From contig JANWWJ010000021.1 in assembly GCA_025056305.1 (NCBI GenBank), forward strand, positions 49,278 through 113,277: DNA of 64,000 bases, in the 5' to 3' direction. Numbering within the stretch: position 1 is the first letter of the stretch; each line of letters opens with the position of its first letter. This DNA is from Chitinophagales bacterium (GTDB lineage Bacteria > Bacteroidota > Bacteroidia > Chitinophagales > UBA10324). The position numbers were made by a program, and so were the translations under genes. Below the pieces are notes generated by a model, which saw nothing but the letters and a program-made list of their open reading frames with translations, was not told the origin of the DNA and ran no database searches. This document shows positions 29,847 through 39,778 of this stretch, in pieces.

Positions 29847-30987
29847 GATGCTGTGCTCCTTTTACATATTGAAAAAAACCATTAAGCATGGCCGCATTCA
29901 TCATGATGTAATGGCTGACGTAGCGAAGGGCTTCCCACGAAAAGCCTGCCTTGTCGGCCAACCACACTATGGCCGGCGTGAGAAATGCGAGGGTAACTAA
30001 AGCTGTAACCCATTGATAAAAAAGGCTTCCCGCAGCCAATACAAAGCTACTACAATACAGCACTACCATCAGGTGCGGCGCAAACCAGCGCAGCACTTTG
30101 TGCGAAAAAAATACATAGGCCAATGCACCATATCGGGGCATGAGTAAATAGGCGTAGCGCCAAAAGATCTGGAAGTTGCCTGTGGCAATCCGACTTTTCC
30201 GTCGAAACTCTTCTGCGGCGGAATGCCCTACTGTTTCATAGCAGACTGCAGTGAGCTCAGCTATCGCTTTTTTCCCTTTTCGCAACACCGTCAGCGTAAT
30301 GAAAAAGTCATCGATGATGACGGCAGGAGGTACCGGCTCGAAAAGAGAACGGCGCACCGCATAACATCCCCCGAAAGCGCCCATCATTAGCCCCCAAACT
30401 TTTCCTTCATAGTACTTTAGGGCATTTTCGTAGCGTTGATACAACGATTCTTGGCGCGCGATTTGGCTGCCGGCACTGGCCTGACTGACAATAGTACCGC
30501 CAACCAGTCCGATGGATTCGTCGCAGAGCGGTTGCACCAAACACCGCAGCGTACTTGGGGTAAACATCACATTGGCATCGGTAAGCACTAAAACGGAGCC
30601 GCTGGCTTGACTGGCCAAAAAATTCATCACTGCTGCCTTACCGCTGCGCTGAGGCAAATGCCACCACCGCAAACGTGGATACTTTATGGCCATTTGCTGC
30701 AGCAGGTCATTGGTACGATCCGTGCTTGCATCCGAACCTACCAGCACTTCCAAGCGGTCAATAGGATAATCCGTGTCGAAAGTGGAGCGAATCTTTTCTT
30801 CCAGAACTTTTTCTTCATTATGGACCGCCACAAGAACACTTATTGCCGGCAGCTCATCCTGGTTCAATACCAACGGACGTCGTGAAGGTACCAATTTGGC
30901 TATAAGCCACAGCGTCGCCGGAAACAGAACATGATGATGGAGTAGCAACCCTGCACTGATCCAAAACAGCCAATACGCCAGAGTCAC
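29815..30987 (-). CDS. Glycosyltransferase family 2
   Basis: AVHNEE, SDASTD, TDAN, DDFF, EFRRKSR. Confidence 0.9.
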   Translation of the reverse strand: MTLAYWLFWISAGLLLHHHVLFPATLWLIAKLVPSRRPLVLNQDELPAISVLVAVHNEEKVLEEKIRSTFDTDYPIDRLEVLVGSDASTDRTNDLLQQMAIKYPRLRWWHLPQRSGKAAVMNFLASQASGSVLVLTDANVMFTPSTLRCLVQPLCDESIGLVGGTIVSQASAGSQIARQESLYQRYENALKYYEGKVWGLMMGAFGGCYAVRRSLFEPVPPAVIIDDFFITLTVLRKGKKAIAELTAVCYETVGHSAAEEFRRKSRIATGNFQIFWRYAYLLMPRYGALAYVFFSHKVLRWFAPHLMVVLYCSSFVLAAGSLFYQWVTALVTLAFLTPAIVWLADKAGFSWEALRYVSHYIMMNAAMLNGFFQYVKGAQHHVWQPTQRTG

Positions 30988-32174
30988 GACAGCAACGATT
31001 TGTAAAAATTTAGCAATTGTTCAGCAAGCACGACATCGCTCAGGCGCATTTGAGCAAAGGCATGGCTGCGCATAGAAAGCTCTTCGAGGCGTTGGGAATT
31101 CCTGAACAATTCGATAATTGCGGCTGCCATTCCTTCGTCCGTTTGCTGCACTACAACAGGACTCTCAGCACCGCTTAATCCCTGTGCTCCTAATGAGGTA
31201 GAAACCACCACCCTACCAAGTGCCAGCGCCTCCGCAATCTTTACCCTGATGCCACTGCCGGCATAAATTGGAACTACCAGCACACTACCTTGTTCCATAA
31301 AAGCACGGGCATCGGCAACTTCCCCTTCCATAACTATTCCATCGGATTGATAGCTGTAAAGCCAATCGGGGAAATTTCTACCCGCCACATGAAACCTAAC
31401 CGTCGGTGCAGCCCGACGAATTTCAGGCCAGATGCTTTTCAAAAAATGAAGCAACCCTGCAAGGTTAGGGCTCCAATCCAGACTGCCGATGAAAAACAGG
31501 CGGGGCTGTACGGGCAATGCAGGTCTCTGTTTGGGAACCATTATCCCTACCTCACTGACCAGTAACGGCAGACAACAACCCATTTTTCGATACACCTCAG
31601 CATCTTGCTCAGATATGGCCACAACGGCATCACACACATTCAAGTGCTTCTGCTCAAAGCTTTTAAGACTTTTTGCAATGAATCTCAGCAAGACCCGCCG
31701 CCACCTGGAGGGCTCCGCAACATACAGTTCTTCCCATATACGATGCTCTATGTTATGTGACCGCAAAATGATTTTACCTCGACTGATTGGGCGTAACAGT
31801 GGCACATAGCGCAACAAATAGCTGCCTTCCAATTGAATGATATCAAAATCTTTTTGTTGCACCAGCTGCCGAAGAAGCGCTGCAAAACGACTGCTGTAAA
31901 AACGTTCCACCTGCGGTGATGAGCCTAGCGCTATGCTTTGCAACAGGGTAGTAATCCTTGGTCGAGTGTCAATATCTATGGTGTGAATTTCGGCTAATTG
32001 TGCCGCAGCTTCGGTCAGTTGATTAGGATTAACATAATGCTTGCGGGTATTTAATGCCGCTACCGTCACTTCATGGCTCGCAAGTGCAAAGGTTCTTGTG
32101 TGATGCCAAATGGCTATCGTTTCTCCGTCTTTCGGAGGAAATGGAACTTTTTTGCAAACCTGCAGGATGCGCAC
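30984..32174 (-). CDS. Glycosyltransferase family 4
   Basis: RILQVCKKVPFPPKDG (GTG start 32174), HNIEH, FIGSLDW, GSGIRVKIAEA. Confidence 0.9.
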   Translation of the reverse strand: MRILQVCKKVPFPPKDGETIAIWHHTRTFALASHEVTVAALNTRKHYVNPNQLTEAAAQLAEIHTIDIDTRPRITTLLQSIALGSSPQVERFYSSRFAALLRQLVQQKDFDIIQLEGSYLLRYVPLLRPISRGKIILRSHNIEHRIWEELYVAEPSRWRRVLLRFIAKSLKSFEQKHLNVCDAVVAISEQDAEVYRKMGCCLPLLVSEVGIMVPKQRPALPVQPRLFFIGSLDWSPNLAGLLHFLKSIWPEIRRAAPTVRFHVAGRNFPDWLYSYQSDGIVMEGEVADARAFMEQGSVLVVPIYAGSGIRVKIAEALALGRVVVSTSLGAQGLSGAESPVVVQQTDEGMAAAIIELFRNSQRLEELSMRSHAFAQMRLSDVVLAEQLLNFYKSLLS

Positions 32175-32322
32175 CAGCGCTTTTGATTGCCGCCAAAGGT
32201 ACATCCCCCTCATTCCATGACAGAGAAACATGACCGGATGAAGCCGTCAGTCTTGTTTTGCACATGTTCTCCACATCAATAACTTTTTGTTTAGCCCAAG
32301 TTGCATTTATTTCTCTTCCTGC

Positions 32323-32330
32323 TAACTTTG
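32323..32330 (+). promoter_or_regulatory. -7 promoter element
   Basis: TAACTTTG with GTTG 19 nt upstream. Confidence 0.55.
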
Positions 32331-32370
32331 GGCAAAGCCAAAAATTCGTTAACAACAAAAAATTTCTGTA

Positions 32371-34050
32371 ATGACAAAGATTTTTCGATTCATGTGTGCC
32401 GCCATTATTTCACTTTTTGTGTTTTCTAATTTTCTCTTTGGTCAAACTATTCAATGGGCCAAGACATACGGTGGCAGCAAAAAGGACAAAGGCCGAGATG
32501 TAGCCGTTGACGCACAAGGCAACATTTACCTGGCGGGGTTTTTTACCGAACAAATGACATTAGGAAACATCACGTTAAACTCCGTTGGGCCGGTTAGCAA
32601 AGAAGATATCTTCGTGGCAAAGCTGGACCCCAACGGCGAACCCATCTGGGCTCATAATTTCGGGAATGGCATAGAAAATCATTCTGACTTCCCGCTGGCC
32701 TTTCACGGAAACAAGGCCGGCTACACAGCTGTGACCGGTGATTTTAAGAATAATCTGCTGTTTGACGACGGAACTTTCCTCAATGGTATCGGCGGGTTCG
32801 ATATGTTTTTAGCTGTCTATGACACCGACGGAAATTTGCTCTGGGCAAAAGTAGGCGGTGGCAGTGGCAACGATATCGGCACCGGTGTCTTCGTCTCCGA
32901 TGATAATTACATTTACTGCACCGGTAACTTCAAAGGTGATTGCAATTTTTTTGGCGACAGTACGTTAGTTTGGGGTGTACCACCACAGCATTATGTCTAT
33001 GTAGCCAAATACGACCTCGCAGGAAATCTCATCTGGTTGAATGTGTATGGCTCAGAGACAAATTTCGAATCACGTTGTATCGTATATGACCAAAAAACCT
33101 TTGTTTATGTAGGAGGAAACTTTCGCAACGCTATCACCTTGAGTAATGCCAACCTTACGGCGACGGGTGAAGAGGATGGTTGGTTGGCCCAGTTTGGTGT
33201 CAACGGTAACTTTCAGTGGGCAAAGAGCTTTGGCTCCTCCAATCCGCTTAGCAACGAATGCATCTACAGCATCGCCTGTGATACCAATCAGAATTTTTAC
33301 ATCAGTTCCATTTTTAGTCAGGATATCAACTTCGACGGAAACGTGCTCAGCACAGGCTCTGAACAAAACGTATGCGTGGCCGCTTATGACAAAATGGGTA
33401 CATACAAATGGTCTAAGGCCGTTAGTGGAACTCCAGGTGCATTGTTCAGTGCCCATTGCTTAGGTCTGCTGGCCGAGGGAAACATTCTGCTCACCGGATG
33501 CTTTGCAGGCGAGGTCGTGGTGGACAATTCCATTACGCTTATCCCTAACGGGCCAAACCCTATCTATGCCGACGCTTTCTATGTAGGTCTGTTCCCTAAA
33601 ACCGGCAACATTGCATTTGCCGTTCATGTAGGTGGCGAATTATCTGACGCTGGCCATGGCTTGGCAGGAAATTATTCCGGATATGCTTTTGCCTGCGGGC
33701 ATTATAAAAATGCGGGCGTCTTTGGCAACTTCTCCTTGGTCTCTAACGGAAATACCGACGCTTTCCTGATCAAATTTGCCCAGAACTTCGTTTCAGTCGG
33801 TCATGAATTCAGCGGCTTCAGTACTTCCATCTTTCCCAACCCTGCCCATGAGACCGTCACCATAGCCATCCCTAGTGAGGTGGCGGAACTGTTCGTCAGC
33901 GACATGAGTGGCCGAATAGTGTTGCACCAAAATGTCAGTGGATTATCTACCGTCAAGATACCGCTGGCCCAATTTGCTCCGGGCACCTACCTGGTTTCCC
34001 TGAACGGCGGTTCAGCGAACTATAAAGCTAAGCTTTTGGTTCAGCATTGA
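32371..34050 (+). CDS. SBBP-repeat beta-propeller protein with T9SS C-terminus
   Basis: Repeated VAVDAQGNIYLAG / FVAKLDPNG..W units, IFPNPA...GTYLV tail. Confidence 0.85.
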   Translation: MTKIFRFMCAAIISLFVFSNFLFGQTIQWAKTYGGSKKDKGRDVAVDAQGNIYLAGFFTEQMTLGNITLNSVGPVSKEDIFVAKLDPNGEPIWAHNFGNGIENHSDFPLAFHGNKAGYTAVTGDFKNNLLFDDGTFLNGIGGFDMFLAVYDTDGNLLWAKVGGGSGNDIGTGVFVSDDNYIYCTGNFKGDCNFFGDSTLVWGVPPQHYVYVAKYDLAGNLIWLNVYGSETNFESRCIVYDQKTFVYVGGNFRNAITLSNANLTATGEEDGWLAQFGVNGNFQWAKSFGSSNPLSNECIYSIACDTNQNFYISSIFSQDINFDGNVLSTGSEQNVCVAAYDKMGTYKWSKAVSGTPGALFSAHCLGLLAEGNILLTGCFAGEVVVDNSITLIPNGPNPIYADAFYVGLFPKTGNIAFAVHVGGELSDAGHGLAGNYSGYAFACGHYKNAGVFGNFSLVSNGNTDAFLIKFAQNFVSVGHEFSGFSTSIFPNPAHETVTIAIPSEVAELFVSDMSGRIVLHQNVSGLSTVKIPLAQFAPGTYLVSLNGGSANYKAKLLVQH

Positions 34051-34907
34051 TAGGCTTTTGCCAGCCAACTGTAGAAGTTGCGCGCAAGCCTACGGGTTCT
34101 GGAAGTATCATAAGTGCGGCCTGCCAGTCGTCCTATGGGAACAATGCCCCGTACGACGTTGGTGGCAAACATTTCTTCAGCCCCTAGCAGCTCCGATGAC
34201 TTTAAAGACTTGATTTTAACCTTGAGGCCATAGCGCCGCGCAAATTCGAGCAAAACCCGGCGTAAGATGCCGGCAATGCACCCCGAACGCAACGGCGGTG
34301 TAAACAAGGTGTCGTTTCGAAAAACAAACAGATTGGATGAAGTGGTTTCTACAACTTCATCAAGACTGTTGAAGAGGATTGCTTCATGGCATCCTTTGCG
34401 CGCCGCATGAACGGATGCCAGCACATACACAGCACTGCCGATGTTTTTAAATCCTGATAGATATGAAAAATCTTTAACCATTTGGCGGAAAAAACAGGCT
34501 GCCACTGCCTGCACATCAGGATTATAAAAATCATTTAAGGGGTGAACTTCAAGCCACCAGTCGGCGTGCATGCTCTCCGGCAGATATGTTCCTGCCCCCT
34601 GCCGAAAAACCGTCAAACGAACCCGTCCGTGCAGGCCGATATGCATTTCCCGACACAAGCGAACAACCTGTTGGGTTAAAGCCTCAGCCCTGAGCTCTGA
34701 TGGCAAGATTAAGTTTAATCGGCGCGCCGCCTGTTGTATCCGCCTCACATGATGGGATAAAAACAGAAGTGTATCGCCATGCAAGCGCATGGTCTCAAAA
34801 AAGCCATCCCCGAAACGGGCTGCACGGCTCAACCCCTGGGGCAAGGGGCAAAGCCCGCCATTCCATAAGATCAGGGGCCTGGAGCGCCTAAGGGATGAGC
34901 AGCTCAT
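34041..34907 (-). CDS. Aminotransferase class IV / aminodeoxychorismate lyase-like
   Basis: FGDGFFET, ETTSSNLF, GCIAGILR, TNVVRG. Confidence 0.85.
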   Translation of the reverse strand: MSCSSLRRSRPLILWNGGLCPLPQGLSRAARFGDGFFETMRLHGDTLLFLSHHVRRIQQAARRLNLILPSELRAEALTQQVVRLCREMHIGLHGRVRLTVFRQGAGTYLPESMHADWWLEVHPLNDFYNPDVQAVAACFFRQMVKDFSYLSGFKNIGSAVYVLASVHAARKGCHEAILFNSLDEVVETTSSNLFVFRNDTLFTPPLRSGCIAGILRRVLLEFARRYGLKVKIKSLKSSELLGAEEMFATNVVRGIVPIGRLAGRTYDTSRTRRLARNFYSWLAKAYQC

Positions 34908-36075
34908 CCCGGTCCTTGTCCTTGTACCAACTTAAATGATAACCCGGCTCTTCCAGCGCCAACGCATCTTCCGTTAATGATAGCGGACGAAAAGTGTCGA
35001 TCATCACGGCTAACTCCTTGGTTTCTTTTGCGCCTATGCTTTTCTCTACAGTTCCCGGATGCGGTCCGTGCGGAATACCCCCCGGGTGCAGCGTGATCAT
35101 ACCTTTGGTCACATGCCGCCGGCTCATGAAATCGCCATCGACGTAGTACAAAATCTCATCGCTGTCCACGTTACTGTGATTGTAAGGCGCGGGGATGGCC
35201 AGCGGATGATAATCGAATAGTCTCGGGCAAAAGGAACACACCACAAAATTTCGACCTTCAAAAGTCTGATGCACCGGTGGGGGCTGATGAATACGACCCG
35301 TTATGGGTTCAAAATTGTGTATGGAAAAAGCCCATGGGTAATGAAAACCATCCCAGCCCACGACATCAAACGGATGATATCGGTAGTGGTAGGGGTAAAT
35401 CCACGATCCCTTACGGATATAAATCAAAAAATCTCCCTTTTCATCATGAGTCTCCAGATGCTGGGGCACCTTGATGTCCCGCTCACAATAGGGAGCATGC
35501 TCCAGAAACTGACCGAACTCATTTAAATACCGGCGTGGAGGCACTATGGGCGAAAAAGACTCAGCAATCAATAGCCGATTGTCCTCTTTTTCAAAATAGA
35601 TTTGATAGATGGTGCCCCGCGGAATAATCACATAATCGCCACTTTCGAACGGCAACACTCCGTACATGGATTTAAGCGTGCCGGAACCGACGTGTATAAA
35701 CAACAGTTCATCGGCATCGGCATTCTTGTAGAAATAGCCCTCCATCGACTTACGCGGAGCAGCCAATGCAATACGGATGTCGTCATTGACAAGAACGTAA
35801 CGCCGACTTTTTAGGTAATCATCCTCGGGCTGAAGTTTGAACCCCTGAAAGCTTCGGTGCACCATGCGTGGAACATCGGCGATGCGTATAGGCACCGGAA
35901 GGGGTTCATCTACACCGATGATTACCGTGGGCGGATGGTTGTGATATAGAAGTGAATAAACACTGGAAAAACCTTCGGTAGAGAACAATTGTTCTGCATA
36001 CAAGCTCCCATCGGGTTTGCGGAACTGTGTATGACGTTTTGCAGGAATGTTACCGAGCTTGTGGTAAAAAGGCAT
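34888..36075 (-). CDS. hmgA: Homogentisate 1,2-dioxygenase
   Basis: KNADADEL, DVVGWDG, HQPPP, PYNHSNVDSDE, HPGGIPHGP. Confidence 0.95.
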   Translation of the reverse strand: MPFYHKLGNIPAKRHTQFRKPDGSLYAEQLFSTEGFSSVYSLLYHNHPPTVIIGVDEPLPVPIRIADVPRMVHRSFQGFKLQPEDDYLKSRRYVLVNDDIRIALAAPRKSMEGYFYKNADADELLFIHVGSGTLKSMYGVLPFESGDYVIIPRGTIYQIYFEKEDNRLLIAESFSPIVPPRRYLNEFGQFLEHAPYCERDIKVPQHLETHDEKGDFLIYIRKGSWIYPYHYRYHPFDVVGWDGFHYPWAFSIHNFEPITGRIHQPPPVHQTFEGRNFVVCSFCPRLFDYHPLAIPAPYNHSNVDSDEILYYVDGDFMSRRHVTKGMITLHPGGIPHGPHPGTVEKSIGAKETKELAVMIDTFRPLSLTEDALALEEPGYHLSWYKDKDRDELLIP

Positions 36076-36199
36076 GAGAGTATGGAATTAAGAAACGCCT
36101 GCGAAGTTCACAAATGCGCTGCTCTCGGCAAATGATTTGCTTCCGCCTTATTGTCGCATCAAAATTAAAATTCACCCTGGTCTGGCCGGCTTATGGAAC

Positions 36200-36230
36200 T
36201 TTGGTTATTTTACCGCCAAACGTAACTTTG
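36200..36230 (+). promoter_or_regulatory. Promoter of rplU-rpmA
   Basis: TTTG-N19-TAACTTTG, canonical. Confidence 0.75.
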
Positions 36231-36250
36231 CAGCCCTTCAACAAAAACTT

Positions 36251-36544
36251 ATGTACGCCATTGTGGAAGTTGCCGGCACCCAGCTTAAAGCAGAAGTCGG
36301 GCGCCAATACGTCGTAAACCGACTTCGCGGTAATCCCGGCGATCCCATTAAGATAGACCGTGTGTTGCTGACTGTGAGGGACGGCCAGGTCAGCTCGACT
36401 CCTGCTGAGGTGTCCGCCACAATTCTAGAACATCTCAAAGGGAACAAGCTTATCGTTTTTAAGAAAAAACGGCGAAAGGGCTACAAGGTGAAACGTGGTC
36501 ATCGGCAGTTGCTTACCAAAATTCAATTCAACTCTGTTAAATAA
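36251..36544 (+). CDS. rplU: 50S ribosomal protein L21
   Basis: [11 protein letters not shown]...[18 protein letters not shown]; true start is ATG 36251. Confidence 0.96.
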   Translation: MYAIVEVAGTQLKAEVGRQYVVNRLRGNPGDPIKIDRVLLTVRDGQVSSTPAEVSATILEHLKGNKLIVFKKKRRKGYKVKRGHRQLLTKIQFNSVK

Positions 36545-36555
36545 GCGCAGCAATT

Positions 36556-36813
36556 ATGGCACACAAAAAAGGTGAAGGTTCATCGCGTAACGGGCGGGAA
36601 AGCCACTCCAAGCGATTAGGCATTAAGCTCTTTGGTGGACAATGGGCACGCCCGGGCAACATTATTGTCCGGCAGCGGGGCACCCAATTTTACCCCGGTA
36701 AGGGCGTTATGATGGGCAAAGATCATACGCTGTTTGCCGTCGTTGAAGGAGTAGTTTCTTTCCGACGTCGGCTCAACCGAAATTACGTGGACGTGCTTGC
36801 TCCACAATCCTAA
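36556..36813 (+). CDS. rpmA: 50S ribosomal protein L27
   Basis: [27 protein letters not shown]. Confidence 0.98.
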   Translation: MAHKKGEGSSRNGRESHSKRLGIKLFGGQWARPGNIIVRQRGTQFYPGKGVMMGKDHTLFAVVEGVVSFRRRLNRNYVDVLAPQS

Positions 36814-36835
36814 AACAAAGGCAATAGCGCTATGG

Positions 36836-36863
36836 AAAAAAGCCCTGTGAAAAGGGCTTTTTT
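36836..36863 (+). terminator. Intrinsic terminator after rpmA
   Basis: AAAAAAGCCCT-GTGAAA-AGGGCTTTTTT. Confidence 0.88.
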
Positions 36864-36901
36864 GTTTCCCACAAATCCACAGGTACAATCACGGAAAAAG
36901 G

Positions 36902-38083
36902 ATGTGGAAGATATTGTCGTCACCCCGGCTCTTGTTTGGGATATATATGATGGCAGCCATTGCTACTGCCTTACAGCAATGGTGGCTGCCTGGGAACATC
37001 GAGGGATATACGCATTACAATAATTTTGTTATTTTCAAAAATGCATTTCATCATCTGCTTCAGGGAGATAACCTGTACCTTCCCTACCCTCAAAAGCAAT
37101 ATGATCTGTATAAATACAGTCCGACGTTTGCATTGGCCATGGGCCCGCTGGCTATGCTGCCTGATTTAGCCGGTCTTATTTTATGGAACATGCTTAACGC
37201 CGGTGTCTTATGGCTTGGAATCCGGACACTGCCTCTTCCGATTCGTATCCAGGCTGCGATAGCGTGGTTTTGCCTTATTGAGCTGATTACCTCTTTGCAA
37301 AACGCGCAGTCGAACGGACTAATTGCCGGCTTGCTGTTGCTGGCCTTTACCGGTTTGGAGAAAGGGCAAGTCGGTAAGGCAACCTTATGGATTAATATTA
37401 CCGTTTTTATTAAACTTTTTGGCGGCGTTGCTTTGGTGCAGGGTATCTTTTCAAAAAGAAAGTGGTATTTCGGCCTGGCCGCCCTTGGGTGGGCCATGGT
37501 ATTGGCCTTGCTGCCGGCGTTGTTCATCCCCTTTTCATCGTTGGTTCAGCAATACCAAAACTGGTGGCAGCTTTTGGCCTCAGATTATGCTGCTTCCATA
37601 GGTCTGTCGGTTGCTGGTTGGCTGCAAAGTTGGTTTGGCTTGGCTCCGCCCAAACATTGGATCACCCTGACAGGAATAGTGCTGCTTGCCTTGCCCCTGT
37701 TGCGCTATTCGTGCTTTCCGGCAACATCTTTTCGGATGAAGTATTTTTCTGCTCTGTGTATATGGATGGTCATTTTTAATCACAAAGCGGAGTCTTCCAC
37801 ATTTATCATCGCTGTGTGCGGCATTGCTTTGTGGTATTTTTCACAAGCCCCATCACCCTTCAATACAACTCTGATGGTCCTGGTTTTTTTATTTACCATC
37901 TTAAGTCCGGTTGATGTGTATCCACCATCTTTGCGTCAGCAAGTGTTTGTTCCTTTTGTAATTAAAGTGGTGCCCTGCATATGTGTGTGGGCTAAAATCA
38001 TTTTTGAACTTATGCACAGGGACTTCTGTGGTGGCAATCGGGTATCTTCCCTAAATAGGTCGGCACCACCTGAGCTAGCATAA
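36902..38083 (+). CDS. GT87/DUF2029 family membrane glycosyltransferase
   Basis: YNNFVIF, DLYKYSPTF, QNAQSN, FIKL, IFNHKAESST; multiple TM segments. Confidence 0.82.
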   Translation: MWKILSSPRLLFGIYMMAAIATALQQWWLPGNIEGYTHYNNFVIFKNAFHHLLQGDNLYLPYPQKQYDLYKYSPTFALAMGPLAMLPDLAGLILWNMLNAGVLWLGIRTLPLPIRIQAAIAWFCLIELITSLQNAQSNGLIAGLLLLAFTGLEKGQVGKATLWINITVFIKLFGGVALVQGIFSKRKWYFGLAALGWAMVLALLPALFIPFSSLVQQYQNWWQLLASDYAASIGLSVAGWLQSWFGLAPPKHWITLTGIVLLALPLLRYSCFPATSFRMKYFSALCIWMVIFNHKAESSTFIIAVCGIALWYFSQAPSPFNTTLMVLVFLFTILSPVDVYPPSLRQQVFVPFVIKVVPCICVWAKIIFELMHRDFCGGNRVSSLNRSAPPELA

Positions 38084-38132
38084 TGCTTTAAAAACTCTTG
38101 TACTGTAAAACGAAACCTTATTTTGCCGCCTT

Positions 38133-39263
38133 ATGCGGATAGAGCATTATTCAATGCTGGAACCGATTCATGAGCGATGGGATTGCTGCTTACAGGAACA
38201 ACACCCACTCCACTCTTCTTGGCTAACCTTCATGGAACGAGCCCAACTACCCTACATCAACTTTAGATATTTCATTATTTCAGATAAACAAAACGCAGTT
38301 CAAGCCTTGGCCTATTTCCAGATCACCGAATTTTCTCTGCCTCACTATCGCTTCCCCTTTTTCGAGTGGCAACCTCTTCAATGGCTGGAAAAACGCATAA
38401 TGGCCTCACCTCGACAGATCATCACTTGTGGCAACCTTTTTCAAGCAAACAGTCCCGGCATTCACTTCCTTGACGGCGACGTTCAAAAACAAGCGGCCAT
38501 TATTCAAAAGATTTTAATGGAAATCAGCACGCTGTACCCTGAGGCCGTTCTTATCCTGTTCAAAGATTGTCCAGCAAACAGCTACAGCGCCTTGGAAAAA
38601 CTGGGCTACCGTCGGTATCGGGATGAGGGAACCATGATCTTGGAATTGCCTCCACATTGGCATTCATTTACCGATTACATCCGGTCGATGAGGCATCGCT
38701 ACGCGCAACGCATACGTAAGGCGCGAAAGATGCTTGCGGAAATCCATGCTCATGAGGCAGACCTCTGCCAACTTCAAAGCCATTGCCTGCGCCTTGAGCA
38801 ACTGTATAAAAATGTTGTACGCCGACAGCCGATTCGCATGGTTTGGGCTAATGCTGCCTATTTTGTTGAAATGAAAAAAAATTTAAAACACAGAGCCCGC
38901 ATATTTTTTTACTGGCACCGCGAGCAGCTTGTTGCCTTTCGCACCGAAATTGTTCATCCCAACCACTTGGAACTGCATCTAATCGGTATAGATTATGCAT
39001 TCAACCAGAAATTTTGGCTATATTTTAATCTCATGTATGATGCAGTAAAAGCTGCTATTGAGCTGCAGAAGCCGGCTTTAGAATTAGGAAGAACGGCCCG
39101 CTTTGCCAAACAAATTATGGGCGCCAAGCCGAGCTCTTCAGTTCATTTTTTCAAAGTAAAAGGTGTCGTGCCCCGAATGATGACCTATTTCCTGCTGCAT
39201 TGGTATAAAAAAAACATCCGCGGGAAGGCTTCCGCCCCCCCACGGATATTCCGGGGTCAATGA
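38133..39263 (+). CDS. GNAT-fold (FemAB-like) acyltransferase
   Basis: W.SFTDY..SMRHRY..RIRK, GIDY..N, LYFNLMYD, LELGRTA...K..MGA. Confidence 0.75.
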   Translation: MRIEHYSMLEPIHERWDCCLQEQHPLHSSWLTFMERAQLPYINFRYFIISDKQNAVQALAYFQITEFSLPHYRFPFFEWQPLQWLEKRIMASPRQIITCGNLFQANSPGIHFLDGDVQKQAAIIQKILMEISTLYPEAVLILFKDCPANSYSALEKLGYRRYRDEGTMILELPPHWHSFTDYIRSMRHRYAQRIRKARKMLAEIHAHEADLCQLQSHCLRLEQLYKNVVRRQPIRMVWANAAYFVEMKKNLKHRARIFFYWHREQLVAFRTEIVHPNHLELHLIGIDYAFNQKFWLYFNLMYDAVKAAIELQKPALELGRTARFAKQIMGAKPSSSVHFFKVKGVVPRMMTYFLLHWYKKNIRGKASAPPRIFRGQ

Positions 39264-39270
39264 AGCAGGT

Positions 39271-39543
39271 TTAAGTTGACAGTCTTGCCGTTTGCTTGAG
39301 CCCAGCCAACGACAACAGCTGGTTAAGACAACTCATTGGGGTGAGGTTGCTCAAACTCTGGTCGCCTCCCTCCCATAACGGTCGGATATAATGCACGCAC
39401 CAGCCATAAATAGAACGCTCGTTGTTAAAGTCATTTCGACGGATGATACGCCCCCCCTTATCCATGCGATACTGCGTAGGGTCGTAGCCCGGAACAGGAG
39501 CCCCCTTTTCCCACACAGCATCAATGAAACCAGGACTTGGCAT
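39271..39543 (-). CDS. Small HNH-endonuclease-family protein with degenerate active site
   Basis: VWEKG..VPGYDP..YRMD..G..I...YGW-CVHY-IRP...GGD...NL.P, where the family normally has WEIDHI. Confidence 0.75.
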   Translation of the reverse strand: MPSPGFIDAVWEKGAPVPGYDPTQYRMDKGGRIIRRNDFNNERSIYGWCVHYIRPLWEGGDQSLSNLTPMSCLNQLLSLAGLKQTARLST

Positions 39544-39584
39544 ATCTCGTTTGCTGTTTAGCGGGTTTTAACTTGAAATACCAA

Positions 39585-39734
39585 TTAGAGAATTTCGTTG
39601 TCGTCTATAATGATGACACCGTCGCAAATGGTGTATTTGCCTTCATAATAGATCCGCTCTGCTTTGGCACGGTGGTCACCTGCCCCCAACAGCATGTTTA
39701 GCACCATCAAGATTTGAGCAATTATGCTTGCCAT
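39585..39734 (-). CDS. Small 49-aa peptide (not in ORF track), candidate secreted signalling-peptide precursor
   Basis: MASIIAQILMVLNMLLGAGDHRAKAERIYYEGKYTICDGVIIIDDNEIL*; A-rich leader and TAGCTTTG promoter motif 21 nt upstream. Confidence 0.7.
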   Translation of the reverse strand: MASIIAQILMVLNMLLGAGDHRAKAERIYYEGKYTICDGVIIIDDNEIL

Positions 39735-39754
39735 GGTTGAATTGTTTTGCTTCC

Positions 39755-39778
39755 CCAAAGCTATGCTGCATGCTTTGG
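39755..39778 (-). promoter_or_regulatory. -7 promoter element (TAGCTTTG, 39756-39763) embedded in an inverted repeat
   Basis: CCAAAGC(T)ATGC-T-GCATGCTTTGG. Confidence 0.55.

Noticed and set aside
29815-29900. FMN riboswitch upstream of ribBA
   Set aside because: The upstream DNA is the coding end of the GT2 gene, and no RFN motifs were seen.
36137-36250. 38-aa N-terminal extension of L21 in the ORF track
   Set aside because: It contains the canonical promoter, and the conserved L21 start is ATG 36251. The same reasoning applies to the extensions of accA, the PhoH gene, GH31 and DUF2723.
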